A stretch of 64,000 bases of DNA from Methylophaga sp. 41_12_T18 (GCA_002163115.1 MAAI01000035.1:24004-88003); one strand, 5' to 3'. Shown: positions 10,114-20,269, counted from the stretch's first letter. Notes: generated from the sequence alone by a model not told the origin. A program made the numbers and translations.

Positions 10114-11832
10114 TTATTTAAATGATTTTACTTCTTCTTTTTCAGCATCTGTTAACTGACTAAACGGCTTATTAGTTAAATAACTTTGCCGCTCTTGTAT
10201 CGCTTGCTTTTGTAGTTGCTGAACTATTCCCGCTAACTCATGCTTTAAGCCATCAACAGATAAATTCATCGGCTCTAAAGCCAAACGTTGCAAATGAGCA
10301 CCACTTGGCTCATCACGCCAACGTTCTATTAACGCTGCTGTATTTAAATGGGGGTACTGATGTAATGTTTCAAGTAGCTGTAATAATAGTTTTATGCCAG
10401 GCAATGCTAATGTCTGAATTTCACTATATCTGTCAACATATTGATGAAGACTTGGATGCTGCAATAAAATGGTTATCGCCATCCTCACAGGTGATATAAC
10501 ACCAGAAGCAGGTTTTATCTCTCGTTTTATTGGCTTGGCGGCAGGTTTATCTAAATGGCGATTTAACATCGAGGTATTGGTCTTAGTTAACTCCGCTAAG
10601 CGTTGCTGCAACATGTCTCGATACATACTTGCCGGTACATGTCGTAAAAATGGTTTTGTGATTTCAACCAGCCTCGCCCTGCCATCCAACGAGCTGATAT
10701 CAACTCGACTTTCTAATGTAGAGAAGAAATAATCAGAAAAACTCTGGGCAATATCAATTCGTTTATTAAAACTATCTGCACCTTCTTGTTTAACTAAACT
10801 GTCTGGATCTTCGCCATCAGGTAAAAACATGAATTTCAGTTCATGGTTGCCCCCTAACATTGGCAATGCATTCTCCGCTGCTCGCCAAGCAGCTTCGCGG
10901 CCAGCACGATCACCATCAAAACAAAACACTATTTCGGGGGCGCTACGAAGTAATTGTCGTAAGTGATCGGGGGTTGTTGCTGTACCTAATGTCGCAACAG
11001 CGTTATGTATGCCTTGCTCAGCTAACGCTATTACATCCATATAGCCTTCAACAATTAATATCCGGCTTAATCGTCGGTTGGCTTTTCTAGCCTGATAAAG
11101 GCCATAAAGCTCACTGCCCTTATGGAATATACTTGTTTCAGGGGAGTTGAGATATTTCGGTGTACTATCATCTAAAACACGTCCGCCAAAGCCGACCACG
11201 CGACCACGTCGATCACGGATAGGAAACATAATTCGATTTCGAAAGCGATCATAAGTCCGCCCTTTATCATTGCTGCTTAATAAACCGGCATCATTTAACT
11301 GCGCTTGTGCTTGCGGAGAACCACCAAAGGTTCTTAATACGTTATCCCAACCATCAGGCGCCATGCCAATATTAAACTGCTCTATGGTTTGAGCTGATAA
11401 GCCTCGAGCTTTTAAATATTCAACAAAAACCTGTCGTTGTGGGTGCGTTTGCAGTTGATGCACATAGTATTGGCTTACTTTATCCAATAAATCATACAAA
11501 TTTTGTTTAGCGGGAGTATTTGATACGGCCTGCGAAACAGGCACTGTCATGCCGACCTGCTCAGCTAGTTCCTGAATAGACTCAGGAAAGCTCATTTGGT
11601 CATATTCCATCAAGAAACCAATCGCAGTACCATGTGCACCACAACCGAAACAGTGATAAAACTGCTTCTCAGGACTTACGGTAAATGACGGAGTTTTTTC
11701 ATTATGGAATGGACAGCAAGCCTGTAAATTTCTACCGGCTTTTTTGAGCGGAACTCGGCTGTCGATAATATCGACAATATCTACTCTAGTAAGCAGATCA
11801 TCGATAAATTGTGGAGGGATCTGACCGGCCAA
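10114..11832 (-). CDS. dnaG: DNA primase DnaG
   Basis: 572 aa. MAGQIPPQFIDDLL N-terminus like E. coli DnaG. Zinc ribbon CCPFHNEKTPSF...CFGCG. TOPRIM (VEGYMDV, DGDRAG). The ORF begins with TTG at 11832. Confidence 0.95.
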   Translation of the reverse strand: MAGQIPPQFIDDLLTRVDIVDIIDSRVPLKKAGRNLQACCPFHNEKTPSFTVSPEKQFYHCFGCGAHGTAIGFLMEYDQMSFPESIQELAEQVGMTVPVSQAVSNTPAKQNLYDLLDKVSQYYVHQLQTHPQRQVFVEYLKARGLSAQTIEQFNIGMAPDGWDNVLRTFGGSPQAQAQLNDAGLLSSNDKGRTYDRFRNRIMFPIRDRRGRVVGFGGRVLDDSTPKYLNSPETSIFHKGSELYGLYQARKANRRLSRILIVEGYMDVIALAEQGIHNAVATLGTATTPDHLRQLLRSAPEIVFCFDGDRAGREAAWRAAENALPMLGGNHELKFMFLPDGEDPDSLVKQEGADSFNKRIDIAQSFSDYFFSTLESRVDISSLDGRARLVEITKPFLRHVPASMYRDMLQQRLAELTKTNTSMLNRHLDKPAAKPIKREIKPASGVISPVRMAITILLQHPSLHQYVDRYSEIQTLALPGIKLLLQLLETLHQYPHLNTAALIERWRDEPSGAHLQRLALEPMNLSVDGLKHELAGIVQQLQKQAIQERQSYLTNKPFSQLTDAEKEEVKSFK

Positions 11833-11902
11833 GACTAACGCCTATGGCCGTTGATCTGTATAGCATGAAACCCTGTCTGTAATAAGACTTGGTTCACTAT
11901 AC

Positions 11903-12364
11903 TTAGGCGGTGAGTGCTGCCTTAACTAGGCCACTCACTGCACCCATATCTGCACGCCCTTGAATTTTTGGTCGCAATACATTCATTACTGCGCCCATAT
12001 CACGTGCACTGCTAGCACCAGATTCCGCTATAGCAGCTTTAATTTCTGCAGCTACTTCTTCATCTGATAAGGCAGTTGGCATGAACTCTCCAATAATGGC
12101 AAGTTCTGCGATTTCAATGGCAGCCAAGTCATCTCGACCCGCATCTTGAAATTGACTTAACGAATCACGACGTTGCTTACACATTTTGGTAAGCACGGTG
12201 ATGATGTCATCATCAGCCAAGTCGATACGCTTATCTATTTCAATTTGTTTAATTGCCGCAGTAATTTGTCGTAAAGTTGCTAAGCGCTCTTTTTCTTTTG
12301 CGCGCATCGCATTCTTAACATTCTCTTGAAGAGTTACTTTTAACGGACTAGCTTCTGCAGGCAT
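11903..12364 (-). CDS. GatB/YqeY domain protein
   Basis: 153 aa. Typical YqeY-family sequence (LQENVKNAMRAKEKERL...LRQITAAIKQIEID). Lies between rpsU and dnaG. Confidence 0.8.
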   Translation of the reverse strand: MPAEASPLKVTLQENVKNAMRAKEKERLATLRQITAAIKQIEIDKRIDLADDDIITVLTKMCKQRRDSLSQFQDAGRDDLAAIEIAELAIIGEFMPTALSDEEVAAEIKAAIAESGASSARDMGAVMNVLRPKIQGRADMGAVSGLVKAALTA

Positions 12365-12378
12365 AGTAGTATCTCGAC

Positions 12379-12594
12379 TTAGTACAAACGGATACGACTT
12401 GCGTTTTCACGCGACAATTTCTTTTGGTGACGTTTAACAGCTGCTGCTGCTGCACGTTTACGTACTGTAGTTGGTTTTTCGTAAGCTTCACGAGCGCGAG
12501 CTTCAGCTACTGTTCCTGCTTTTTCACAAGCACGTTTGAAACGACGTAATGCAATATCAAATGGTTCGTTTTCTTTTACGCGTACTGCTGGCAT
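12379..12594 (-). CDS. rpsU: 30S ribosomal protein S21
   Basis: 71 aa. [27 protein letters not shown] is the canonical S21 N-terminus. Confidence 0.97.
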   Translation of the reverse strand: MPAVRVKENEPFDIALRRFKRACEKAGTVAEARAREAYEKPTTVRKRAAAAAVKRHQKKLSRENASRIRLY

Positions 12595-12730
12595 TTGTTG
12601 ATTCCTAAATTATTTTCTATGGAAAAGCAGGTAATTGTACGAAATATCAACAAGAAAGAAAATAGTTGATTCAAATTTATTTGAAAAAGGCATAATACTT
12701 TCCCAATTACAGCGAGTCGGAAACACCAAA

Positions 12731-13735
12731 ATGCGGGTTTTAGGAATTGAGTCATCCTGTGATGAAACAGGTATTGCACTCTATGATACAGACAAAGGTT
12801 TATTAGCTCATGCACTTTTTAGTCAAGTTGCAATGCATGCTGAATACGGTGGCGTTGTACCTGAATTAGCGTCTCGTGATCATGTGCGCAAAACGCTGCC
12901 CTTAATAGATCAAGTACTTGCAGATGCGCAATTACAGCGCAATGACATAGATGCTGTTGCCTATACCGCTGGCCCAGGTTTAGTAGGCGCTTTATTAGTG
13001 GGTTGTGCCATTGGTCGCAGTCTCGCATGGGCCCTTAATATTCCCGCCATTGCCATTAATCATATGGAAGGCCACTTACTGTCACCGCTATTGGAAGACA
13101 ACTCACCTAACTTTCCATTTGTATCATTGCTGGTGTCTGGTGGACATACTTTATTGGTAGAAGTGCGCGGAATTGGCCAATATCAGTTATTAGGCGAGTC
13201 AATTGATGATGCGGTAGGCGAGGCTTTTGATAAAACAGCTAAGATGCTTGGCTTAGACTATCCAGGTGGACCTGTTTTAGCAGCACTTGCGGAAAAAGGC
13301 ATCGCAGATAGTTATAAATTCCCAAGACCAATGACTAATCGCCCAGGATTAGATTTTAGTTTTAGCGGCTTAAAAACCTTTGCCATGAATACTTGGCGAG
13401 ACAGTACGCAAACTGAACAAGATAAAGCCAATATTGCCTTAGCATTTCAAACTGCAGCCATTGAAACCTTAGCGATCAAATGTAAACGCGCTTTAAAAGA
13501 AACTCAGTTATCAACATTAGTTGTTGCCGGCGGTGTCAGCGCCAATAAAGCTTTACGTCAGCGCCTATCAGCAATGCCAACAATCGATGTTTATTATCCA
13601 CGGCCTGAGTTTTGTAGTGATAACGGCGCGATGATTGCGTTTGCTGGTGCTATGCGTAGCGCTAATTTACAACAGCAAAAATCTAGCTTTTCGGCTAGAC
13701 CTCGCTGGCCATTAGATGAGCTTGGCCCACCTTAA
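12731..13735 (+). CDS. tsaD: tRNA N6-adenosine threonylcarbamoyltransferase TsaD
   Basis: [14 protein letters not shown] start at ATG 12731. The ORF-track TTG at 12635 adds 32 non-homologous residues. HMEGH motif present. Divergent from rpsU as in E. coli. Confidence 0.93.
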   Translation: MRVLGIESSCDETGIALYDTDKGLLAHALFSQVAMHAEYGGVVPELASRDHVRKTLPLIDQVLADAQLQRNDIDAVAYTAGPGLVGALLVGCAIGRSLAWALNIPAIAINHMEGHLLSPLLEDNSPNFPFVSLLVSGGHTLLVEVRGIGQYQLLGESIDDAVGEAFDKTAKMLGLDYPGGPVLAALAEKGIADSYKFPRPMTNRPGLDFSFSGLKTFAMNTWRDSTQTEQDKANIALAFQTAAIETLAIKCKRALKETQLSTLVVAGGVSANKALRQRLSAMPTIDVYYPRPEFCSDNGAMIAFAGAMRSANLQQQKSSFSARPRWPLDELGPP

Positions 13736-13744
13736 ACGATTTAA

Positions 13745-14299
13745 TTACCACATTAAATCATCGGGGATTTGATAATCTGCATAAGGGTCATTCTCAACTG
13801 ATTCGGCATCTTGAGTGCTGCGAACAACCATTTCAGGCAAGCGTGCTTCTATTTTTGCAGCCACTTTACTGGGTACTAGTGTTGTTGCATCCGATGTAAT
13901 CACCAGCGCTAATTGGCCAAGTGCTAGCTGACTTTGCAGCTCATTAGTGACATAGATTTTTTTCACTTTTTTGTCATGAGTAAAGTTATAAGCCAACTCA
14001 GCTTCTTTCGGAATCGTCACGGCATGTTGCTGAACTATTTGTTTTACTTCGGCAAGCAAAGCTTTCTTAGCTTGCTCAGCATCACGTTGCTTATTTAATT
14101 CACGATCACGCTGCTGCTTATCTCGCTGTGCTTGAGCTATTTGTTGATTCGCCTGATTCTGCGATTCAACTTTTTGACCTGACTTCGCTGCTTGCCTGAC
14201 TTTATTGCCATCTTTACGCTTTTGATGTTGTGACTTCTTGGCTTTTTTCTTATCAATCACGCCAATATTAAGTAGTTGATCCTGTAATGATCCGGCCAT
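13745..14299 (-). CDS. DUF2058-type (YaiL-like) basic, coiled-coil protein
   Basis: 184 aa. MAGSLQDQLLNIGVIDKKKAKK N-terminus, K/Q/R-rich middle, conserved C-terminal YADYQIPDDLMW. Confidence 0.6.
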   Translation of the reverse strand: MAGSLQDQLLNIGVIDKKKAKKSQHQKRKDGNKVRQAAKSGQKVESQNQANQQIAQAQRDKQQRDRELNKQRDAEQAKKALLAEVKQIVQQHAVTIPKEAELAYNFTHDKKVKKIYVTNELQSQLALGQLALVITSDATTLVPSKVAAKIEARLPEMVVRSTQDAESVENDPYADYQIPDDLMW

Positions 14300-14357
14300 G
14301 GTACTTACTCTAAAATTTGTTTAATTAAAAAACTCATCAGCTAACACTGTAGCCACT

Positions 14358-14954
14358 TTATTTGGACTTAGTTTCTTCACCAGCCAATAAGCGATGAATA
14401 TTAGCCTTGTGGCGTATCAACAGCATAATAGCCATCACTAGCACTATCCAACGGGCATTATGATCTTCGATCAGCCATAAACTAAATACCGGCGTCATTG
14501 CTGCGGCGCTAATCGCTGACAAAGATGAAATACGACTGACTACAAATACGATTAACCAGGTTAATAACGCAGCGCCAGCCATTAATGGCGATAAGGCTAA
14601 AAAGCCACCTAATGCCGTTGCCACACCTTTACCACCTTTAAAACCAAAGAAGACAGGGTAGAGATGACCTAAAAATGCGAAGAATGCAGTCGCCGCCAAC
14701 CAGACTTGCTCCATACCTAGAGCGCAGGCCACAACAACGGGCAGGACACCTTTTAATACATCAATTATTAATACGGTTGCGGCAAGCTTCTTACCACCAA
14801 AGCGCATTACATTGGTCGCGCCAGGGTTGCCTGAACCTTGTGAACGCGGATCCGGTAAGCCAGCTAACTTACATAATACGATTGCACTCGATAAAGAGCC
14901 GATTAAATAGGCGCCAATTAAAATAATCAACGGTAAAGTAAAAGTTTCAAGCAT
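14358..14954 (-). CDS. plsY: Glycerol-3-phosphate acyltransferase PlsY
   Basis: Start chosen at MLETFTLPLIILIGAYLIGSLSSAI (ATG 14954). SGNPGATNV and GGKGVAT motifs. Divergent from folB as in E. coli. Confidence 0.9.
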   Translation of the reverse strand: MLETFTLPLIILIGAYLIGSLSSAIVLCKLAGLPDPRSQGSGNPGATNVMRFGGKKLAATVLIIDVLKGVLPVVVACALGMEQVWLAATAFFAFLGHLYPVFFGFKGGKGVATALGGFLALSPLMAGAALLTWLIVFVVSRISSLSAISAAAMTPVFSLWLIEDHNARWIVLVMAIMLLIRHKANIHRLLAGEETKSK

Positions 14955-15032
14955 GATATTATGCTGCCTCGTTTGTTTTTGCCTCATTATAGGGCTGTTA
15001 GCAGTTATTTCCACCTTCAGACACAATAAATC

Positions 15033-15389
15033 ATGGATAAAATTTTTCTAAACGATCTTCAAATCGATACCATCATTGGCATTTATGACTGGGAACGTGA
15101 AACCTTACAAACACTTAGTTTTGATTTAGAGATGGACTGGGATATTCGTGCCGCAGCAGCCAGCGACCATATTGATGACACGCTAGATTATGGTGCTATC
15201 GCGCAAACTATCGTCAGTTTTGTTGAGGCCAGTCGCTACCAACTCATTGAAACCTTAGCTGAAGATCTGTGTGCATTATTGCTAAAAGATTTCCCTATCC
15301 CAACCATCAAACTTACTTTAAGTAAACCTGTCGCATTGCATGGTCAAAATACAGCTCGAATCGTTATTGTCCGCAGTCGCCCGCAATGA
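15033..15389 (+). CDS. folB: Dihydroneopterin aldolase
   Basis: 118 aa. IFLNDLQIDTIIGIYDWERE and DYGAIAQ motifs typical of FolB. Confidence 0.88.
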   Translation: MDKIFLNDLQIDTIIGIYDWERETLQTLSFDLEMDWDIRAAAASDHIDDTLDYGAIAQTIVSFVEASRYQLIETLAEDLCALLLKDFPIPTIKLTLSKPVALHGQNTARIVIVRSRPQ

Positions 15390-15916
15390 AAACAGAGCAA
15401 TCTGGCTTTTTATTAGGCATTGGCAGTAATATCAATCCTGATGAAAATTTCAAACAAATCATCGTACTACTGCTTAACAGCTTTCCATCATTAAGCCTGA
15501 GTAGAGTATTGCGGATTCCGCCGATTGGCATGAATAGTCATCGTGACTTTCTAAATACGGTGGTATTTATTGAAACTTCACAATCTGAGCAAGATTTAAA
15601 AGCCATTTGTAACGCCATAGAAATTAAGCTCGGTCGCGACAGAAATGATCCAGCAAGGAAAATGAAAGATCGCCCAGCGGATTTAGATATTCTCACTCAC
15701 ATATCTTTTCCTGATGATAAGCAACGTGAGCCTGCCGATATCACTGATGAATACTTTATTTATCCTTTGCTTGAAGAGTTGTTTGCCTTCTTAACCGGCT
15801 CTGACCAGCCAGCCCAACAACCAGGTGTAAGCCTTAGTACTGAAGGGCTAACGTTTGGACAAACGGCGACCACCATCCACCGGCACGCTGGCACCAGTAA
15901 TGAACGGGTTAGTTAA
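15386..15916 (+). CDS. folK: 6-hydroxymethyl-dihydropterin pyrophosphokinase (HPPK)
   Basis: 176 aa. LGIGSNI, RPADLDIL and EYFIYPLLEEL resemble HPPK motifs. ATGA overlap with the folB stop. The C-terminal ~20 aa extend into the convergent SDR gene. Confidence 0.75.
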   Translation: MKTEQSGFLLGIGSNINPDENFKQIIVLLLNSFPSLSLSRVLRIPPIGMNSHRDFLNTVVFIETSQSEQDLKAICNAIEIKLGRDRNDPARKMKDRPADLDILTHISFPDDKQREPADITDEYFIYPLLEELFAFLTGSDQPAQQPGVSLSTEGLTFGQTATTIHRHAGTSNERVS

Positions 15917-16570
15917 TAAGGCCTTAATCGCCAAATAAACCGGCTCTGCGCCACCTTCTTTTGCTAACAAAGTCTCAGCCAACATCTGTTGACGCACCTG
16001 CTCAGAATGCATCTCAGTAAATAAAACAGGGCCGGGAGCCACTGAGTTTACTTTGATCTGTGGCGCAAATTTCTTTGCCAAAGCCATCGTCAGGTTATGT
16101 AAACCAGCTTTCGTAGTGCCATAGATATCAAAGCGTGGCGTCGGGTTTTCCACATTAATATCGGTAATGTGAATAATGTCGGCAGGATCATCTTTTTCCC
16201 CCATCAATAATGGCTGTAAGCCTTGATTAATAAGGTAGGGTGCCTTCATATGAATATTGAAGAATTGATCAAATTGATCCGCCGCCGCCGCTAAATCATC
16301 GGATGTGGCCTCAAATGATGAGGCATTGTGAATTAACGCTCGAAACGACTTACAAACGGTTTGAATTTCAGTTACAAAATTTAAAATAGCGGCACTATTT
16401 GCAAAATCTGCTTGCAGGGTAGTTATGCCCATTTCAGCTAAAATTCGGATATCATCGGTATAAGTTCGATAATGAGCAATAACGGTATAACCATCTTCAA
16501 ACAAACGTTGAGCAATATGAAAACCTATTCGGCGGCCACAGCCCGTCACTAAAATTGCATTTTCTAACAT
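15848..16570 (-). CDS. Short-chain dehydrogenase/reductase, pteridine (dihydromonapterin/FolM-like) reductase candidate
   Basis: Start chosen at MLENAILVTGCGRRIG (ATG 16570, 240 aa). SDR Gly-rich loop and YGTTKAG active-site motif. Adjacent to folB-folK. Confidence 0.7.
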   Translation of the reverse strand: MLENAILVTGCGRRIGFHIAQRLFEDGYTVIAHYRTYTDDIRILAEMGITTLQADFANSAAILNFVTEIQTVCKSFRALIHNASSFEATSDDLAAAADQFDQFFNIHMKAPYLINQGLQPLLMGEKDDPADIIHITDINVENPTPRFDIYGTTKAGLHNLTMALAKKFAPQIKVNSVAPGPVLFTEMHSEQVRQQMLAETLLAKEGGAEPVYLAIKALLTNPFITGASVPVDGGRRLSKR

Positions 16571-16585
16571 GACACCCTTTACCCA

Positions 16586-17755
16586 ATGACGACACAAAAT
16601 CAACTGGCTAAGCCAGACCAACTAGCACAACAGTATAGCGATGAATTATTAATATTAATCAAACAACGCATAGCAGAAGCTGGAGGAAAAATTAGCTTTG
16701 CTGATTATATGCAGCTTTGCTTGTACGAACCAGGTCTAGGTTATTACAGTGCCGGCAGTCATAAAATAGGCGAGGGCGGTGACTTTACTACCGCACCTGA
16801 AATATCCCCACTGTTTTCACGCAGCCTAGCGCAACATATTCACGATGTTTTACGCCAACTAACCCAAGCAGATCTATTAGAGTTTGGCGCTGGCACCGGC
16901 AAGATGGCTGTGGATATATTACAAGAGTTAGAAACTCTGCACTGCCTGCCTCAACATTACTTTATTTGTGAAGCCAGTGCTGACTTACAGCAAAGACAGC
17001 AACAAACCATACAACAAGCCATTCCTCACTTAGTGGACCGTGTGATCTGGCTCGATCAAATACCGGAGAAATTCTCTGGTGTTATTGTGGCTAATGAAGT
17101 CTGTGATGCCATGCCTGTTCACCGCTTATCATTTTCTAAAAACAGCGTTTCAGAGCAATATATTGAACTTAGTGATAACGATGATCTGCAATGGTGTGAA
17201 GGCGATTTAAGCCAGCTAGATTTAGTCGAACGAGCAGCACAAATCCAACAGCAGATCGGTCAACAAAGCTACCTAACTGAAGTTAACCTACATGCCGAAG
17301 CATGGGTAAAGAGTCTAGCTAATTCGCTACAACAGGGCGCTATTTTCATCATTGATTATGGTTATGACTTTAATAGTTACTATCATCCAGAGCGCAGTCA
17401 AGGCAGCTTAATGTGCTATTTCCAGCAACAGGGTCATGACAATCCGCTCATTCTTCCAGGCATACAAGATATTACTGCCCATGTTGATTTCAGCGCATTA
17501 GCACACAGTGCTTTTAATAACGATCTTGATGTCGCCGCATACCAGACTCAAGCAGACTTCCTAATTGCAGGGGGTATTACCGAGTTAATGAGCCATCAAA
17601 CAAATGAACTAGTGATGTTGCAACAAGCCGCTGAAGTAAAACGACTCACTTTACCCACTGAAATGGGCGAGAGCTTCAAAGTATTAACCTTAACTCGTCA
17701 GTTGGACCAGCTATTAGTTCGAGCACAGTTAAGAGATCAACGACACAAACTGTAG
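16586..17755 (+). CDS. Class I SAM-dependent methyltransferase, DUF185 / MidA (NDUFAF7-like) family
   Basis: 389 aa. YMQLCLYEPGLGYYS, GDFTTAPEISPLF, LLEFGAGTG, ANEVCDAMPVH are typical of the DUF185 family. Confidence 0.8.
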   Translation: MTTQNQLAKPDQLAQQYSDELLILIKQRIAEAGGKISFADYMQLCLYEPGLGYYSAGSHKIGEGGDFTTAPEISPLFSRSLAQHIHDVLRQLTQADLLEFGAGTGKMAVDILQELETLHCLPQHYFICEASADLQQRQQQTIQQAIPHLVDRVIWLDQIPEKFSGVIVANEVCDAMPVHRLSFSKNSVSEQYIELSDNDDLQWCEGDLSQLDLVERAAQIQQQIGQQSYLTEVNLHAEAWVKSLANSLQQGAIFIIDYGYDFNSYYHPERSQGSLMCYFQQQGHDNPLILPGIQDITAHVDFSALAHSAFNNDLDVAAYQTQADFLIAGGITELMSHQTNELVMLQQAAEVKRLTLPTEMGESFKVLTLTRQLDQLLVRAQLRDQRHKL

Positions 17756-17757
17756 CC

Positions 17758-17784
17758 ACAAAAAAGGGAGCCGAAGCTCCCTTT
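17758..17784. terminator. Bidirectional rho-independent terminator between convergent genes
   Basis: AAGGGAGC-cgaa-GCTCCCTT is a perfect 8-bp stem, flanked by an A-run upstream and T-rich sequence downstream. Confidence 0.75.
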
Positions 17785-17803
17785 AATTCTTAAACTTAAA
17801 ACC

Positions 17804-18700
17804 TTATTCAGGTTGTGCTTTTAAGTCTTCGATTTCTTTCTTTAAGCGGTCAATTTCTGCGCTCATATCAAACAAAATTTCTTTCATGCCGCCAAGATCT
17901 TCACGCAAATTGCCAGTGTCTTGCTTGCTTCGTGCAACATCTTCTAATAGCTCAGGGCTCACACGACCATCATTATCATTAGCTCGAGACTTAGCAGCAG
18001 CTAATACAGTGGCGATATCAATTACGACCCAGTCAGTACGTTCTTTACCAGTTTCAGGATCAAGGTATTGTGACTGACCTTCATCTAAAGCAATACGTGT
18101 ACTCGGTTTCGAATCAAATTTACGCGTTCCAGGTAATAAAGGATTTATCCGTCGATCGATTGGCTGATTAGTAATTGGATCTTTTTCACGATAAGTCTCA
18201 TGAACTAAACCAAAGATAATATTTAAGCGACCACCACTAATAAACACACGACCGGTAGTTGTTTTACGTTCTTTTGCTATAGCACCTTTATGTGTACCAA
18301 TCGTAACAAAAGTAATATCTTCATCTGATCCCGCCTGAGATAAACCATTTGGCATTGCAGTACTTAGCACTTGAAGTTCCGTAGGAGAAAATACCGGGGC
18401 TTGCGTTTCCCCAAATAAACTTTTTTCACTGACATACAAGGAAGACAAGACTGTACGCAACTGCTCACTAGAAATTGAGTCTGGGTGCTCATTCGCTATT
18501 CCACCCTTATCACGATCAACAATTTTTATGTACTGTAAGCGCGTCTCCCACAAAGTACGACCATCCTGGCCCAATAATATATCTTCTTCAGTTGGAGCTG
18601 CATCTGGTGTAAGAAATCCTCCGCCGCCACAACCTGATAAGCCACCGGCTAATACCAAGCTAACTAACGCTACGCTGCTAAATTTAACTATGCGACGCAT
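17804..18700 (-). CDS. Lipoprotein of unknown function with C-terminal coiled coil
   Basis: 298 aa. Signal peptide plus lipobox (LVLAGGLSGC). Gly-rich linker. C-terminal heptad-like segment (EILFDMSAEIDRLKKEIEDLKAQ). Confidence 0.7.
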   Translation of the reverse strand: MRRIVKFSSVALVSLVLAGGLSGCGGGGFLTPDAAPTEEDILLGQDGRTLWETRLQYIKIVDRDKGGIANEHPDSISSEQLRTVLSSLYVSEKSLFGETQAPVFSPTELQVLSTAMPNGLSQAGSDEDITFVTIGTHKGAIAKERKTTTGRVFISGGRLNIIFGLVHETYREKDPITNQPIDRRINPLLPGTRKFDSKPSTRIALDEGQSQYLDPETGKERTDWVVIDIATVLAAAKSRANDNDGRVSPELLEDVARSKQDTGNLREDLGGMKEILFDMSAEIDRLKKEIEDLKAQPE

Positions 18701-18716
18701 AATGTATCCTCTTTAA

Positions 18717-19748
18717 TTAATCTGCTGTTGTTTGTTGTGCAGGATAAGCATTTTCAGCTTTTTGTTCCCTGCACAGTAATGTTTGAACGCTCTCTCTTGG
18801 ATCATTACCTTCAAACAATATTTTATAAACTTGCTCAACGATGGGCATTTCAACATCGATCTGCTGAGCACGCAGTAACACTTCTTTTGCTGCGTACATG
18901 CCTTCAACCGTTTTGCCCACTTCAGCCACCGCTTGTTCGACGGTCAAGCCTCGACCAATTGCAAGGCCTAGTCGACGGTTCCGGCTTTGATCATCAGTAC
19001 AGGTTAAAATCAGATCTCCTATACCCGACAAGCCAAACATAGTTTCTGTCTGCGCGCCTAAGCTTGCAGAAAAACGTAAAATTTCAGCCATACCGCGAGT
19101 AATCAACGCTGCACGAGCATTAGCGCCATAGCCCAGTCCATCTGAAATACCGGCACTAATGGCCAATACATTCTTAACCGTACCGCCAATCTGCACACCT
19201 AATACATCATGAGTTGTATAAACCCGTAATGTTGGGCTGTGCAGAGCAGACGCCAAACCTTGGGCAAAAGTTTCATCTTGCGATGCAACAGTCACCGCTG
19301 TAGGTAAATCTTTTGCCACTTCAGCAGCAAAGGAGGGACCAGAAATCACCGCCAACGAGTGATATTCACCCAATATATCTGTAGCCGTATCGAACAAGAA
19401 CCGGCCAGTATCAGGAGTCAATCCTTTCGTAGCCCAACTCAAAGGCGTTCCAGCCACCAGTTGAGGTTTGATTTTTTGTAACATTCCAGCAAAAGCAATG
19501 CTCGGCACTGACACTAAGATGTGTTTGGCCGAGCTAACAGCCTTATTAAAGTCAGGCTCTATCCTCAATGTTTCCGGCAACTCTAAGCCCGGAAGGTAAC
19601 GCTCATTAGTCCGCGTCTTCTGCATATCAGCAAGATGTTGTGCATCTCGCCCCCACAGGATGACTTCATTACCGTTTCTAGCAATGGCGATCGCTAGCGC
19701 GGTTCCCCAGGCTCCCGCACCAATTACCGTGGTAGGGAACAATGACAT
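18717..19748 (-). CDS. gpsA: NAD(P)H-dependent glycerol-3-phosphate dehydrogenase
   Basis: Start chosen at ATG 19748 (MSLFPTTVIGAGAWGTALA); the ORF-track start at 19763 is TTG. GPDH motifs throughout. Confidence 0.93.
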   Translation of the reverse strand: MSLFPTTVIGAGAWGTALAIAIARNGNEVILWGRDAQHLADMQKTRTNERYLPGLELPETLRIEPDFNKAVSSAKHILVSVPSIAFAGMLQKIKPQLVAGTPLSWATKGLTPDTGRFLFDTATDILGEYHSLAVISGPSFAAEVAKDLPTAVTVASQDETFAQGLASALHSPTLRVYTTHDVLGVQIGGTVKNVLAISAGISDGLGYGANARAALITRGMAEILRFSASLGAQTETMFGLSGIGDLILTCTDDQSRNRRLGLAIGRGLTVEQAVAEVGKTVEGMYAAKEVLLRAQQIDVEMPIVEQVYKILFEGNDPRESVQTLLCREQKAENAYPAQQTTAD

Positions 19749-19780
19749 TGATGATAAAGACAAGGTCGTTACCTTAACAA

Positions 19781-20269
19781 TTAGTGTTTTGGTTCTGCTG
19801 CTGCAGCTGCTTGTGCTTTCGCTTGTTCCATTTGGTGCATATACATCGCATCAAAGTTAACAGGCGAAAGAACTAATTGTGGGAAACCACCTTTAGTAAC
19901 AACATCAGATACCACTTCACGAACAAATGGGAACAATGTATTAGGGCAGTAACTACCTACTAATGGGCCCATTTCTTCATCACTGTAACCTGTTAAAGAG
20001 AAAATACCCGCTTGTTTAACTTCAACTAAAAATGCTGTTTTATCTTCAACTTTTGCAGTCACTGTCACCGTTAAAGTGATTTCATGATTTTCTTCATCAA
20101 TGCGCTTGTATTCATTTCCAAGCTGTAAATCTAGCTTTGGTTTCCACTCTTCACGGAAGATTTCTGGAGAATTTGGACTCTCGAATGAAACATCTTTTGT
20201 ATAGATTTTTTGAATTACAAAACGTGGTGCTTGTTTCTCTTCAGTTGATGCTACGTTTTCTTCAGCCAT
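19781..20269 (-). CDS. secB: Protein-export chaperone SecB
   Basis: 162 aa. FVIQKIYTKDVSFESPNSP and LFPFVREVVSD are typical of SecB. Sits in a grxC-secB-gpsA context. Confidence 0.95.
   Translation of the reverse strand: MAEENVASTEEKQAPRFVIQKIYTKDVSFESPNSPEIFREEWKPKLDLQLGNEYKRIDEENHEITLTVTVTAKVEDKTAFLVEVKQAGIFSLTGYSDEEMGPLVGSYCPNTLFPFVREVVSDVVTKGGFPQLVLSPVNFDAMYMHQMEQAKAQAAAAAEPKH

Noticed and set aside
12635-12730. ORF-track N-terminal extensions (tsaD from TTG 12635; similarly plsY 15026, SDR 16621, gpsA 19763, adh 40090, LysR 42003, cyt b561 50445, gyrB 52944, rubredoxin 54377, oxyR 54528)
   Set aside because: The extensions are non-homologous to the known N-termini of these families and often start at TTG/GTG. 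Internal ATGs with RBS-like sequences reproduce the canonical N-termini.
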